Below are positions 1-15,000 of a stretch of DNA of 64,000 nt, piece by piece. Under the pieces are notes generated by a model, which was given only the letters and a program-made list of their open reading frames with translations, was not told the origin of the DNA and searched no databases. A program made the translations under genes and the position numbers. Numbering within the stretch: the first letter of the stretch is position 1; the number at the start of each line of letters is the position of its first letter. Source of the DNA: Thalia democratica (Eukaryota); contig OZ241834.1 of assembly GCA_965202585.1 (NCBI GenBank), positions 31,682,001 to 31,746,000 on the forward strand, in the 5' to 3' direction.

Positions 1-2305
1 CTATTTTTCAATATATTGAAAAATTTTATACAGTTTGAATTCGTTAAAAAGCCTTAAAAACTAATCGACAAAACGAGTTAGAAACAATTAATCTTTGAGA
101 TAAATTTAAATATGCTTAAAAGCTTATTAATTATTCTAAACGAAACATTAAAACTAAACAATCAAAGAAAAACTTCTTAAAACTGTTTTTGTGTCATCTT
201 ATCAGTTTTAAAAATGTGCATCTAGAACAAATTCTGTGTATTAAGAAAAATAAGTTACATGTGTTCTTCGTTAGCATATTATAACTAAATTTTAATTTTT
301 TTTTAAATTTGCGACTTATAAACTATAAATTATTAGATGCTGCTAACTAAATTTTAAAAATAATTTAAATTTGAAGCTATATATGTTATCTAAAGATTAA
401 AAAAAAACTTAGTCTGCATATGTTGTAATATGCTTAAGTATTATCAAAAAAATAAAATAATTTTATTTATTTTACTGGAGTTAATTTTTTTTTTTACTGT
501 TTCTATTTTAATTTCAATGGTTTGAAATATATTTATAAGTAGTCAGCGCATAAACATGCAATAACTTTAATAAATATTGTTCAATAGTAGATTATTTAAA
601 ATGTGCTGGAGAAAATTTTAAATGGTATCCAAAAAGTTTGCGACTTGATAACCGAAAGGTTCTTCGTGCACCAGGTTCCAAGACCAAATACTTTGAGCGC
701 TTACTTTTACCGTTCAATAAAAAATAAAGTAAAACCTATAAAATCAATATAAAAACTGAAGTTTAAAAAAATTTCAAACACATAGCATTTTTATACGTTT
801 CAAGTTTTGATTTATGCATATACTTTGACTTTTATCAAAATTAATTTGCAAGTTCTGTTAGTAAAAGTTCTGAGGAAGCTTACCTACATTTACTTTAAAT
901 TAAGTTGTTCTATCTAAAACTGGTTGATAATATTCTTAGATGTAATAAAAGAAGACTAACCTTTAAATTAAGTTCTAGAACTTTAAATTTTGAAAGAACT
1001 TATTGTGTCAAAAAAACGTTGATTTTTTTATTATTAGGATAAAGTCTAAAGTGAAACTGTTAGTATACTACATATTTTACAGTAATTATAAAATTTTTAT
1101 CGTTAACTATGTCTTTAAATGCTTATTTTAACAAATAGTTTTTAATTTTTTATTTCTTGATTGATCATATAAATTAAATTGCTCACATGTAGTTCAATGT
1201 TTTAAAAGTTAATATTTTATTAGTTTTTGATTGTTAACATTAAGGGTATGATTAACTTTAGATTTTAAGATCCTTTAAAATTCATAATTAAACTTTGTTC
1301 ACTGTTTAATAAACTTCAAAATACTATTTTATAAATTTTATCAACAATTGAATACTAAAAACAACTACTTTTTAATTTACTTAATTCAAGATTTTGAAAT
1401 TTTAATGTTTTTTTTGCTTTAGTACTTTTCAAAATTGTTTGAGGAAATGTTGTTAAGCTCATTCAAAAAAAGTAAGTTAGTTTGTGGAAAAACTGCACTA
1501 CTAGTCGGTTATATTATTACTTTTTTAAACATACAAACTAACTTGTTTATCACTCATTTTTATCTTTAAAGTTATTTGAAATAATCACTTACATAATAGT
1601 TTTTAGCATATAATAAAATATGTTTTTATGCAAATTCATAATACTTTTTGTTATAATAGTGAAAGTTTAGTTTTAGTTTAGAAAATTGAAATGTTTTTTA
1701 ATAAACGACTACAAAGTTACGAGGTTTATTAGTAAACAATTAAATTGTATAAAAACATTTGATAAAGAGTATTTTAAAAGTCGAACCTTAATTTTTTTTA
1801 AAAAAACAGAGATCTGTATTTTCAACTTTTCATATAAAGTTTTTTTTTAATCTGCAAAACAACAGTCGAACAAGTACAATTAGCAATATTAAAATACCAA
1901 GCAAGTTTTATTTTGTTTTCTATTTATAAAAACATAAAAATATTCTGTAAACTACTATTTGAAAAAAAAAAGTAAAAATATATAAAGTAAAACTTAAAAA
2001 ATGTCAAGTTTTTGATGTTCTAGAACGCAAATGTTTTGAATATGAATAAGGTTTTAATAGCAGTATTTCACTAATAATATTTTAGAAATGTTAACTTTCT
2101 TGTGAACACAACTTTGTAAAAAACTTTTGAACAATGTAATAAAATGAAAATATATATTACGACAATACAGCTTTTACTTACAGAGAAAACAGAGAATTGT
2201 TTAATATTATTTACTTAATTAAAAACAACTAAATTTTTATTGTTGTTGTTGTTGAAACTTAAGTCTAATCTTTATAATGATAAGCAAGTAGAAAATAAGA
2301 ACTAC

Positions 2306-2439
2306 TGATAGTAAGAATTTATAAAATTTGCTATTTTTAACACTTTAGTTATGTTATTAATTCAAAAGGATTGTTAACTTCATAGATTTTTTTAAAACAT
2401 AAGATAGAGTCTAGCAAATTTTATAAATTCTTACTATCA
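2306..2439. repeat. Perfect 28-bp inverted repeat (miniature foldback/MITE relic)
   Basis: TGATAGTAAGAATTTATAAAATTTGCTA at 2306-2333 and its reverse complement at 2412-2439; no convincing TSD. Confidence 0.8.
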
Positions 2440-2580
2440 CTAGGATAGAATAACGCTTAACGTTTACCTCAAAGTATAAGATAGTGTGAGTTCGAGATAA
2501 AAAATTTGCATTCTTAAGAAAAACGTTTGAAATAATTTAAAAGGCAGCTATTATTGAAAGATAGCTCACACACCTTAGTC

Positions 2581-5500
2581 CAGTGGTCGGCACGGTGTAC
2601 ACTGGTGCACACTAGTGTACACGAAACTTTTTTTGGGGTGCACGAAACTTTTAGGGTACACAAAAGTCATTTAGGGGTGCACGAAATTTTGAGATTACAC
2701 AAAACTTTACTTTTTGTCTTATTATTATTATATTTATTTAGTTTAAGCAACATACTTAAATATTTAAGTTAAATCCAGCCCTGGTGTTTAGTTTAGCTTT
2801 TAGTTTATTGGCCATTTTACTCTCATGATCTATTTTGGTATTAAAAATCACATATCATTCTTTATATCAACATTGAGGCTGCAGTTTGCATCTGAAAGAA
2901 TAGAGAGAATGCTCGAAGATCTTTTGAATTCAGTTCACTGAATCGGAGGAAGCTTTCATCCAGCTACGACCATGATTATATTTAAAAGGTTAGTATTTTT
3001 CATTTTACTTATAGTATTAGTAGATTACAATATTTTTCTTAGTGAAGAAAGTTCCTTTTATAAATTATTAATATTACCTACTTTTAAAACTAAACTATAA
3101 TTTCTATTAGAATATTCACATGATAATTATATTATTAGTTCAATAATGGTGAAAATTTAGAGATAATTTTTATACTTACAGGAAAATAAAAGAATTTATG
3201 TTCAATAAAAAATACTTAAATTAAGATAAAATAGTTAAAGTATATTAATAATTCTCTCTAAATAGATGCATAACAGTAGTAAAGAACAAGTTTTAAGTAA
3301 CAGCTTTAGGTTTTGAATAACACAAGTTAAATAAATATTATACCTTTAAATTTATTTTTATATTTAATTAATTAACCTATCCATAACTGAATAGTAAATA
3401 TAAAATTTAAAGAAACTATAGGCTTAAATTGACATTGAGTTACTACACACTGAGGATAGTTTGAATCTTATAAATGTTTTTGAAAATCTCAGGATGGCCA
3501 AAAACTTTTCTTTTTTTTGTAAATCTCAGGCTAGCTAGGTATGCTTTTTATTAAACTACTTGTTACTTAAATTTATTGACTTTGAAAGTTAAAAAAATTA
3601 TTCTCTTAATTATTTTATTTACTAGCTATTTTGATCTGTTGGTTTAACAAAATATGTTGTATCTGTTGTATGATTGAAGGTTGCTCAGCCTAAGTAATTT
3701 TTATATTAGAAATAAAGTCTTATTAAGCATGTTTTTTTCTTGCAAAAGGTAGTCTAGTTTTGGTACTTGTGTAAAATCTTTGAATACATTTATGATTTTT
3801 TTTTGAAGCATGAAAAATATATTTAGTCATTTATCAAAATATTACTTTAAGTATACTGCTACTTTTGAGCTTTGGCTTTCTCTTTTCTTTATTAAACTCA
3901 AGATGACCAAGGCTAGTTTTATTGTAACTTATACAGAGTCCTACACTTAGTGCAACTCAGGACAGTATAAATATTTTTGTTCAAATGTTTGTTTCAAAGA
4001 GAAGCAACCCTGGTCTTTATATATTTAAATTCTTATTTTTTTGCAAATTATTGATTGTCCTTTTAACTTTTTTTTTGCATTTTACATCTTTTACTTACTA
4101 AAACTCTGATTTTAAAGATAACTTCTTTTATTAAACTAAGCTAAAAAAAAATATAACACAATAATAATTTTAAATATTTACAGTAATATATCAAATTTAC
4201 TGTATATTACTTATCTTAAACCAAATATTTTACTTAAGGTGGTTTTTTATATTTTTTATAGAAATAAAAAGTTTTATAAGTTTGATCAGGACAATTTTTT
4301 TAAAGCTATAAAGTATTTTTTTAATATTGATTAAACTAGATTAGAAATCAGTAATGACATTAGTTTTTTGATAAACTTTTTACACACTCAAACTACTTTG
4401 GATAACTCTTATGTTATTTTAAAGGTCGGAAAACTTTGGCAACTTAACTTTTAAAAAGATACTTATGCTGAGGCATTGTACCTCAATTGAAGAACTTACT
4501 TGAAAAAAGGAACCACAACCCAGGAGCAGTTCTAATAAACAGCTCATTATGGTAGGATAGTTTAAGAATAATAGGTCTCTCGGTATTTTAGTCTCTTAAT
4601 TACACTAAAAAAATTAAAAGTCAATGTCTCTTCTACTAATGTTGTTACATTTTTAAATTTTACAAAAATGATTTATTCATTTTTATAAGTGCTTAATAAC
4701 TTTTGAGAAAAATCTAATTATTATTATGTTAATTTTTATTAATTTTCATTAATTTACTTGTTTTTTTTAAATCATTAACATTTTAATTAGATTAAAAAAT
4801 TACTTGTTTTTATTAGTAACAGCTTTTTTTGCTTTTTTTTTTTGAACGTTGTAGTTTTATTTTCTTTATGTTATAGCTCATTTTTATTCTTACTTATTTT
4901 AATAAGTAAAATAGTAGAATCCAAATTCTTAAACATACTTTTCAAAACTTAAATATATATAAGTCTTGTTTTTTTTAAGACATGTAAAAGATTTTAGTTT
5001 TAAATTTAAAAACCTTTCAGGTTAAAACTTTACCTTTTAACGTAAAATTCAATATAGATTTTATGTGTGTATGATGTTAGATACTATTATATAATTTTTT
5101 GTTTGTTGATACTTTAGTTTATAAAAAATAGTTAATGTTTTAAATTTTAATAGTAAGTTTTTTGTTTTAGAGTTTGAATTTTAACTGTTAAGTTTTTTTT
5201 TTTAATTTTTAGCTCATTATAAATTTGATTAAAGTTGGGTATGCAACTCGATGACCGAGAGGTCTTTTTGTGTATCCAGGTCCTTCAACCAAAAATAACT
5301 TTTGGGCATATAAACCTCATTAAGACCTGAATTATTACTAGGCATTAACTTTAAAACCGAAATTTTAGGTTTGATCAGACTCGTGCTAGCAACAAGACCA
5401 ACATAGACAGTTCCAGGTCAACAAAACGGATTTAGCTGTGATAAGATTTTTCATGTTTTTTTTTCCGTTACTTTTTGGTGTAATTTTTGTTTTTGCTATT

Positions 5501-5915
5501 TTTTCGTGGCAATACATTTGTTAAACACATATAGTAATCGCTTAATAAAACTTCATTAAGTTAAGTTAACTAAATAATTAAATTTACCATGCACTAAAAA
5601 GTACCAAGACTGCTGATTGTTAATTTGGATTGTGGTAATCTAGTTAGTATTTTAGACTTGGGTGATAAAAGTAAAATATTGTTGTAAAAATTAGATCATC
5701 GATATAAGTTTATTAAAATGGATAGGGTAAAGTGGTCAATTTTAAGTTAGCGTGTAAAATTAACTGGGTGTTCTCGAATTATTAGTAAAAAAATCGATTG
5801 AAAGTATTTACATATTCTTCAACACTAGCGGTGCTAAAGAATGAAAATTGGGGTGCATCGAATTTTAATTTTGTGATTTAGGGTTCACGAATTCAAATTA
5901 GCGTGCCGACCACTG
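2581..5915. mobile_element. Non-autonomous hAT element (Buster-type target), 3,335 bp
   Basis: Perfect 14-bp TIR CAGTGGTCGGCACG / CGTGCCGACCACTG; perfect 8-bp TSD CCTTAGTC (2573-2580, 5916-5923; nnnTAnnn); subterminal GGGGTGCACGAA-like motifs at both ends; no transposase ORF. Confidence 0.93.
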
Positions 5916-8900
5916 CCTTAGTCAATAACAAACTCAATAAAAAACTGAGTTCAAATTTACCGTCTCAGATTACGGCTATTTTTAAACCGTAATCTGCAGT
6001 CAGGTTCAAAGCCGAATGACTGGTACCTACAGGCAGAGTAAATAAAAGCAAGCAGAGTTAAATAACTGGAAATGGATGATAAAGTTCTGCTAACGTTAAC
6101 ATTCGAGTAATCACAAGTTTATGTTTGTTTTGTATATACAAACCCGGTAATTTAATTTCTACGCATTATTTTTTTTTCGGTAAAAATTTATAGGAAACTT
6201 AATTTTAACTCTAAAACATAGTTTGAAGACTGTTTATAGTATTTGTTGTATAAGCCTTACACAACTTAAAATAAATTATCAGAGTGTTTGTCTCAGTTTT
6301 CAGTTTGTTAACGTTTAAGGTGTGTTCATAAATGAACTCTTTGTAGTAATTGATTTAAAGAGCTCTCGCGTATTTTAATAAAGACCTAGATTTAGACGAC
6401 GAAAATAGAAAGTCGAAAAAAAAAACTGGTTTCGTGTAGTACTCGATTTAAATTTAAGAGCTGAAACTAAAAACTTTCAATCTTCTTTGCAGACTAGCAT
6501 CAAAGTGTAAAATGACGCGGTAAAACATAATTGGTGATTGTTTGCGGGTCGGAAAGTTTGTTTTCAAAACACTTGCAGGAAAAAAAACGTGACTTCATTT
6601 TGTAAGTCTACACAACTTGGTTGACTTCCTGTCAATTTTATAACTTAATCTAAGAATTAACATAAAAGTTAAAGTTTAAATTTGTATTCTGTGACATAGA
6701 TTAAGGTATTTAGTGTTTTTTTTTTTTGCTTTATAACGCATAAGTGACATAAATCTTATTAAAAACAAAAATAACATTTTTAAGCTAAATATGAATATTA
6801 TTCATGCTTTAGAATTAATCTGGCATATAACGTTACTTAATTAGTTGGAAAGTTTTTAATATATTTTTGGTTGTTTTGAAATGTTGTTACTTAATTAACC
6901 GTTTAATTTATTTCACAGAACTGATTTAAGCTACGTATAATGATTATATGTTATTTATGTTTTCATAAAGTTCCAACTCTACATTAAAAGTTGTTTTTCA
7001 TACTTTATTTACAAAAACATATTTTTCTGACTAAACATCGTGTTTTTTTTTAACAATATTTTTGACCAAAATTGATATAATATAACTCAGACTTGTGTAC
7101 TATTTCAAAACAAGGTCTTTTTACTTAGAAATAAACACTTTGATAAAATTTTATACGTGTACTATTAAGTAATCTACAAGTATGTTTAAAACTTACCTTC
7201 TACAAATTTAGAATTCGACAAAGTTAAGATAAATCAGCATTTTATAAGCTTAAAGTAAGTTGAACTTTATTTAAATCTAAAGCTATGCACAGAATGACTT
7301 ATCCAATATTCAAATAAGAGCTTCTAAAAACTATAAATGAATTAAAAACACTTTTTTCGTTTTTAGATTGGTTTAATCAAACAAAATATGTTTGTAAATC
7401 TAAATTAAAGTGTGGCGCTACTTAAGTTTGAGAGGTTTTGGTTTTACAACATTTATTTTTTCTTATATAAATACTAGCATCACTTTGCGAAAAAAGACAA
7501 CTGTTATCTCGCTATTAAGACACTTGAGTTTTTTATGGAAGTTTAACACATGTGTACGAACTTTACTCGAACTAACACAAATTGGAAAATTTTTCACTTG
7601 TACAAATAACTAATTTTAACTACTTTTTAAGTAAACTTAAAAAACCTAGAAAATAGAACTACTTCATAGTTTTTAATCAAGCTTTGCTTTTAAAAAAATC
7701 ATTAAGTAGTAGTCCTATACAAATGATCAAAAACTAATGTCAATTGTCAAGTAAATGTTCAGATGGATATTTTAGAAAATTTACCACATCAAAAGTATAA
7801 ATGTTAGTTTTATTTATAAGAATAAAGGACAAGGTGAAAATTTTATTTACGGAAAAAAATGAATTTAATCATAAAAAAAAATCAGGAGTTTTGTCTAAGT
7901 TTGTGACTAAGTATATTTGTATAAGCTTTAAAAAACACTAACTGACCACTTTCTTAGGAATGTTAGTAAAACGTCTATACAGAGAATTTACTAGAACAGT
8001 TTAAAAACTATACAGTATTTAACTAACTTAATTATTTTTAAAACATAACAATATAATAAAATAGAATCGTATAACGAACATACTATAAAAGTCGTAGAGT
8101 TACATAAACTATCTTAAAAACACAGGTGAACAGCTCCAATGTGTTTTTGATGTAGTTTGCAGAACAACAACAACTTATCAATAAGTGGAGTCGCTTGACC
8201 AAATTTTTTTTGCACGTGATCGCGCGAATACTTCGAATTTCGCTTTTCAGTCCGTGGCACGTTTTCGCTTCACAGTTTCTCCCCAAACACAGTTCTAAGT
8301 TGTGACCAGAGGCAATATTCGCTACTCGGGAGTTGAATATTGCCAGCGAAACGGCAGTAGTAGAGCATCTTTGAGTTTTTTTGTTTTCAGTTTTTGTATG
8401 AGTAGAATGTGTTTTACAGTAAATCTTTCAGCTGTTGTATTTTCATGAGTTAGAATATTCATTTGTAGATATTTATGTTAGAGTTAATTTTATATAGAAA
8501 ATATTAATATGAAAGTTATACTATATCCTATGAAGTTGTAATGTATTTATGTTTGTTAAATTGTTAGTATGCTTTATAACAGATATCAGCTATCTTTAAA
8601 ACTTAAAGATTTTAGCTTTTATAGTTGCCAAGAGTATTTGTAAAAAGCCTATAAAATAACCTGAAGGAAATAATTTAAAACAACAAATTCCATTGTTTGG
8701 AAACTTTTTATTAACTTTAAACAGAGTCTTATAGACTTGTACAGTTTTATATGTAAGGAGTAAAAGTGTATTAGTAAAAACAAAAAATCTTATAATATGT
8801 AAAAAAAAATTTAAATCTACTAAATTACTTGGGAAGTAGCTTTAGTTCTGTTAAATAATTGAAAGATTTCTATATATTATTTGATAAAAAATTAAACTTA

Positions 8901-11702
8901 AAATAAAGTTTTTGTATAAGATTTATTTTTGCTTACTTCTAGCTTAAAAATAAAAACAATTTTTTAGAATCCAAAAAAGTATAGTTTAAAGCGTAGAAAT
9001 AATACTTTCTTTTTATATATCAATTAATGAACATCCGTTTTATATAAGCATCTTAGTTATCATTAATAATCAATGTACACTTTAGAACTAAAAATAGGAA
9101 ATACCTTTAAACTGTTAGTCTCTTTAAACTAATTTTATTTTGTAAAAAAAAAAAATTCTTGTTTGTTACGCTAAGAGAAGCAGTACAACTATTTATTACG
9201 TCTTTAAAGTTTTCTAAAAACCTAAATACTTTAGCTATATAAAAAGTTAATATGTTCTCAAAAAAGTGTGCACCTATGAACAAACAGTAGTAATATTATT
9301 TGTAAAATTGAAACAAAACTGTTTTTTCAAATAAATGTGCAAAAAAAACTTTTATAAAGTAATTTTTTTTAATGTTTTTATACTTAAATAGAACATTAAA
9401 AACTGAAAGCTATTCCAGAGTAAAGTAAAGGCAGAAACTTGGTTAAATTACTTGTTTTAACAAGATGTGTTAAAAGCCATGCTGATCCAGCATGTGACAA
9501 AAGTGTGTGGGAATTTGTGGGAAAATTTATACTTTATAACTAAGTCTTGCATAACAAAATACGGTAACTTGATATTATTAAAAGTGGTCGAAAAGCTTCT
9601 TCCTTTAATTTTTTTCGATCTTAAAACTAAAAAAAAAGTCGTTTGGCTTAGTATTTTGAAAAAGTTTTAGTTTGTTTTAAACTAAATTTTTTTAAGACAT
9701 TTTTGTGGTAGATGTGTAGTACGCATGTTTTTGTTTAAAATGAATGACACATATTCTAATCAAATATCAAAAGCTTAACAATGCTAAAATTTTTGTTTAG
9801 AAATGATGCTTTGTAAATACATCTTTTACATGTCCTTTACTATATACTTTGAGGTTATACTTTGTAAATTTGTTTTGTAAATACTAAACACGTTGAAACG
9901 AGTATTAATTATCTATAAACGTGACAGAACTGCGTAGAACGATGTTTTGCATGAGTTTTATACTTTTGTGTTGTTGGAGTTGAGTTAGATCTTATCTATT
10001 GGTTTATAGTACCTTATGACCACATCTATGGTTATAAAATTATAGAAAAAGATTTTTTTTTGACATTAAAAGCTTATAAAACTTAATAAAAAGTTCAATA
10101 TAAACTTAAAATTTTACTTTTGAATTATAAGCTTATCAAGCTTTGATTTTAGCTAAAAGTAAAAGAATAAAACTTGATTATTATCCTAAAACTTTTTTGT
10201 TATCATACATATGTAATAAGAGCTTGCTTGTTTTTGTATTAAGGTAATCATAAAATGTTTGTAAATTTATTTTACTGTAAGGTGTAAGTAAGTATAATTA
10301 TAACTACAGAAACAAATTTATTTAAAAACTTTAAAGATAAAACTTTAGCTTAGACTTTTAACAGCTACTTTTGTACTTATATTACTTTTGTTACAGGTTT
10401 TGAAAAGTTTTTTATATACTTTAAAAATCTTAATTGTGCAAACAGAACAAAAAAAACATTTAAAGACTTTTACAAATAAAATGCCTGAAAATATATTTTG
10501 ATTAAGTAACAAATTTTATATATAAGTTTGTGATAACAAACAAAAAAGTAGTCTAACTTTAAAGTAGATTGCATTTATAAAAATAATTACAACTAATTTT
10601 TAGTTTAAATATAATTCAATTAAAGTATGGTTTTTAACAATAAACTGTTATGTAAACAAACAATCTTAATGAACTAACCTGGTCGTAACATAACGACTAA
10701 ATCTTACGACTAAATCTAAACTTATCTTTTTAAGTAGTTTATTATGTTACTGTGTTATGCTAATTTTATAACACTGTTCTCCGGAGCTTTTAAATACTTG
10801 TTTATTCAATTGCATTGTAATTTAATTAAAAAACTGAAACGTAGTATGTTCAAAGATTTACAGTACTTGAATAAATCGTTGTTATTAGCTAAATTCTCAA
10901 ACATTCAACTAAATACACAGATTTTAGTTTGATAGTTTGTTTGTAAAAAAATTACTCCGGAAGTAGTAAAAAAGTAAGTCATTTTTATAAATAAAACCTT
11001 TATATGCTTTTTAAGAACACAAATGCAACAACATTTAAACATTTAGCATCTTTATCATACTAAAAGAAAACTTTTATAGTTTGTTTAATTTAACTTGCCC
11101 TGTTTATTATCTAAGCTATTATAGCTGCCTAAAGTTTTCTTTTATGATAATTATTTTTTCTCATTTTAAAAATAAAATCTTACATATAATTACAGATTTC
11201 TGCGCCATTCTTCGAGAACAAATTTAGGAAATCAAAATCAGCTTTACAAAGCCTTTTAAATAGTAAGTTTTTTTTCCGAATTATGTTGGTTAAAAAGTAC
11301 TTACTTTAGCAGTTACTATAAAAATTCTAAAAAAAGTAAGTGTTTTGTTATATTCCAATTTTGACTGCAAGAACACATTTTGACACAAACAACAAATGTA
11401 TACATTATACTTTTTTTTCTTGTGTAGATCTATATACAAACAAACATCATATTAAATGACTCATAACTTTTTTGATAATCAGTGTTTCATGACTCATTTG
11501 ATAACCTGTTTGGTTAATTTTCTTTAACGTGTTGACTTAATATCATACATAAACTTTAAATATTTTCGCACAGATTTATGAAAAACTCAAGTTGATGAAC
11601 AAACGTGAAAAACTTAACTGTTGTTTGAAAGACTTTTTAGTTCACTAATTAAGTAAGTATACATTTCAAATCAAGTTTATAACAATTAAAAAAACATAAA
11701 AG

Positions 11703-11826
11703 TAATACTACTACTACTAATAATAATAATAATATTAATATTAATAAAAAAGAAAAAATTATAATTGTAATAACAATAATGATAATAATAGTAATTATGG
11801 TAATAATAATGATAACAATAACAATG
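11703..11826. repeat. Degenerate (TAA/TAC/CAA)n microsatellite just upstream of the first coding exon
   Basis: tactactactactaataataataat...aataatgataacaataacaatg. Confidence 0.8.
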
Positions 11827-11906
11827 AAAAAAAAAAGGTTAAACAGAGGTGTTAATTTATAATTATTTGGAATTGTTTTAGTAACAACACTGCAAACTAA
11901 TAACAG

Positions 11907-12049
11907 ATGATAGTTTCATGGAGCATCCTGTTGTACTTACTTGCAAGCACCCTTAAATCGGCAACGGCCCAGTGCAATGTCGGCGTTTATTCGAGGTCTC
12001 CGTGCGACTTCAGATTCCCGATAATCGACAAACTGACATGTGAACGGAG
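11907..12049 (+). CDS. First coding exon: signal peptide plus first half of trefoil-like domain 1
   Basis: aacag|ATG; [47 protein letters not shown]; donor AG|gtacgt (phase 2). Confidence 0.88.
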
Positions 12050-15000
12050 GTACGTTTTACACTGATTTAAAATTTTTGTTTTAAATAAAGTGAACTGGAT
12101 TTTTTTTCGTTACTTTAAACTATTCCTTTCAAGACTAACAGTAAAATTGATTTATTTTACTTATTTTGTAAATAGCTTATACATATTAGATTGGTTCAAA
12201 AAATAGTTTAAGTCAATTTCAAAAAGAAAAATTCAAAAAAAAAACTGTGAATAAAAAGAGTAAATACTAAAACTAAATATACTCAATAATGCTAACAATA
12301 ACTTATAACTTAAAATATGAAAAGCCCTTTTAGATATCATAAACAATTTTTTCTGCTTGTTTTAGAGTTTGTTAGAAACATAGTAATTTAGTTTATTTTT
12401 ATTTGCAGAAACTGTTGCTTCGACGACATCCCCTTTCTAGGGTTGTACGCCAGATGCTACAAAAAAGGTAAGAATACTTAGTAGTTTTAGATTAGCAGCA
12501 AATAACTTGATGTTTTTGAATTTCAGGATCAACTTCGCTGATGTTCCAGCCCTCTGTTTCCCCTCGTGAACAAAATAAACCAAGTAGTATTAATTTTTAA
12601 TTTTTATTTATTTCTTAAAATATTAAAAAATTTTTACACTTGAATGAGTAGTTTGTTAGTAGCAAACATTAAGTTATAAAAGTAATCCGCTTTAAAAGAC
12701 TTTGTTTGTTATTTTTAATTGATTGTTATTTGAAAAAAACATACAGTTTGATATTTATTTAAACCATTAACTTAAAAATGTTTTATGTATTTTAAATGTA
12801 ATCTTTATCTATAACTGTAGTTTAAAATCCATTTTAAAAATCTTGTTTTAAGTAGCTATGTGTTTCTAAAAAAAGTATTTTAAGTTTTAGAAATATTATA
12901 AACAAGAAATATATACACAAAGTATATGTTCTATATTCTAAAAGCTCATGACAGATGTAGGTTTTATTTTGGTAATCACAACAGAATTATAAACTATTGA
13001 CGGCTTTCTAAATAAGTAACAATAATTTATAACTATTTTTAGTTAAACTATATCAGAAATTAATCTGACAAAACATTTTATTTAAAAGGAGAATTGACGG
13101 TCGGGGGAAGAGAAAGCTATCGGGGCTCCCTTTTGTTGAGGAGCTGCACGAACACCGTACAACTATGTAACAGATATTTCAGATATAACAGGTACTTTTC
13201 TAAACATTAACACTGAATATAAATTGCTGTTTTATTTATACTGTGCCTACATACATTTAGTTTTATATAAAGTATTTCTGGTTATTTTCATTTGAATAAA
13301 GCTATTAAAACTTTGAAAGAGGAGCATCAACTAAAAATTGTACCTAGCAGTTAAAACTGAGTAACTTTTTTTTCGAATGCGTACACAAAAAAAAATTACA
13401 AGCAAAAACATTGAATAATTTTGCGTTTTGAAGCAACTAAAAAAAATAAATAATATGTTTTTAATTTATAAAATATTAAAATTGAAACAGAGCCGACTGC
13501 TTGAGGTTATCTTGCTGTTACATCGATGGTAATTGTTATAAGGCAGTGTTTAACAGTAAGTTTGTACAAAAGTATTTCTTGTTATTTTGTTGTTTTATTT
13601 TTAATGAATAAGATAGCTTTGTGCTCTCTTAAAAGTTAATTTTTATTTAAAGAGTTTAAAAAAAAAAGAAGCTATTACTTTATAAAGTCTTTACCTTAAA
13701 AGTAGTATATTTTCTTATCTTGAGTAAAATAAATATAAAACACTGGGTTTAATTTAAATCAAGTAGCTTACAGTTTTGAAAAGCGAAACCTAGCTAAGAT
13801 TAAGAAAAATTAAAAGGTGTCGAAGAAATAAAAAATAACTTTATTAAATATAAAATTAAACTAATTTAATAATAAAAATTAAAATTAACTTTAACGTAAA
13901 AAAAAAAGAAACAACCAAATTTTCAAATACTTTTTTAGTTCTTCACCTTCGAGATAAATGCGAACCGGGTTACGCGAATCCTCCCCAATGTAAAGGTAAT
14001 TTGAAAAATATAGTTTTGTCGGTAGTGTTTTTAGTTTTAGTCTACTAGATTTAGAAACAACACCTTTTAGTTCTAAACAAAAATTTAGCTAAAACAACAT
14101 TAAAACTAGTTATAATTTAAATCAAGTTTAACTAAACTTTAGCATTTAAATTTAATTTGTGTTTAATTACTCGACAAAAAACTAATTGTAAAATGCAAAA
14201 ACGTCAGATTTTCTTGCAAACAAATAACAATAACTCTATACATCCATTCTAATGTAAAACTAAAATTACCTGTTTCAGAAATAAACGAGTGCGAGTCCAG
14301 TCCCTGCATCAACAACAACGAAGTTTGCGTTGACAAGGTGAACGATTACGAATGCGTTTGCCCCACCGGCCTCGTTTGCGAGCAGAGTTGGTTGATTTTG
14401 TGTTAATATGTAAGAATTAACTGTATTTAAAAATTAATTAAAAAGTTGGTTGATTTTGTACAAACACTTTAGAACTTACAGTGTTTAAAAATTTATAAAA
14501 AAATGTTTTTTTTTTAGTAGAGCAGCAGTTTAAAGGTATTTTGAAAACAAATTGATATTAGATTGATTTTTTACATGTTTTAAATGTATAGTTGTTGTTA
14601 CTTGTAGTAAAATACGTAGTAATACTTTTAGTAATAAAACGTTGCATTGAGCATGTAAAATAAGTTTTGGTTGTTTGCGGTAATGCTTAACTTTTTAAAG
14701 TGTCTAAAATTATTAAAAAATATTCTTGCTGATTTTACTTTTTTTCATGTGTACATTATTGACGTTTTGTTAGTTATAAAACAACAATTTTAAAATCTAT
14801 TATGACAAAGTAACACTAATCGTTTAAATACAAACTTAATCTTTTACTTTTAGACATACTATAATTATAACGAAAATAGCTATACTTCATGTTTTACAAG
14901 TTTTATAAAAAAATAACTTTTCAAGTGTTTTAGGATTAGAAAAAATTTAAACTCTATGTAAAACTCAATTAGGTGTTAGAAGTTTTTTAATTTTTCGGTT

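Noticed and set aside
5255-5290. TERSFC as a remnant of the hAT dimerisation-domain ERxFS motif
   Set aside because: The flanking residues do not match the domain and the frame closes within a few codons.
2554-10932. Short ORF-track ORFs at 2554, 7410, 8083, 9467 and 10744 (also 43357, 48554, 49144, 50583, 52698, 55392, 60637, 61427, 63576)
   Set aside because: 60-75 aa, AT-biased F/L/K/I composition, often non-ATG starts, no domain pattern; several lie within repeats.
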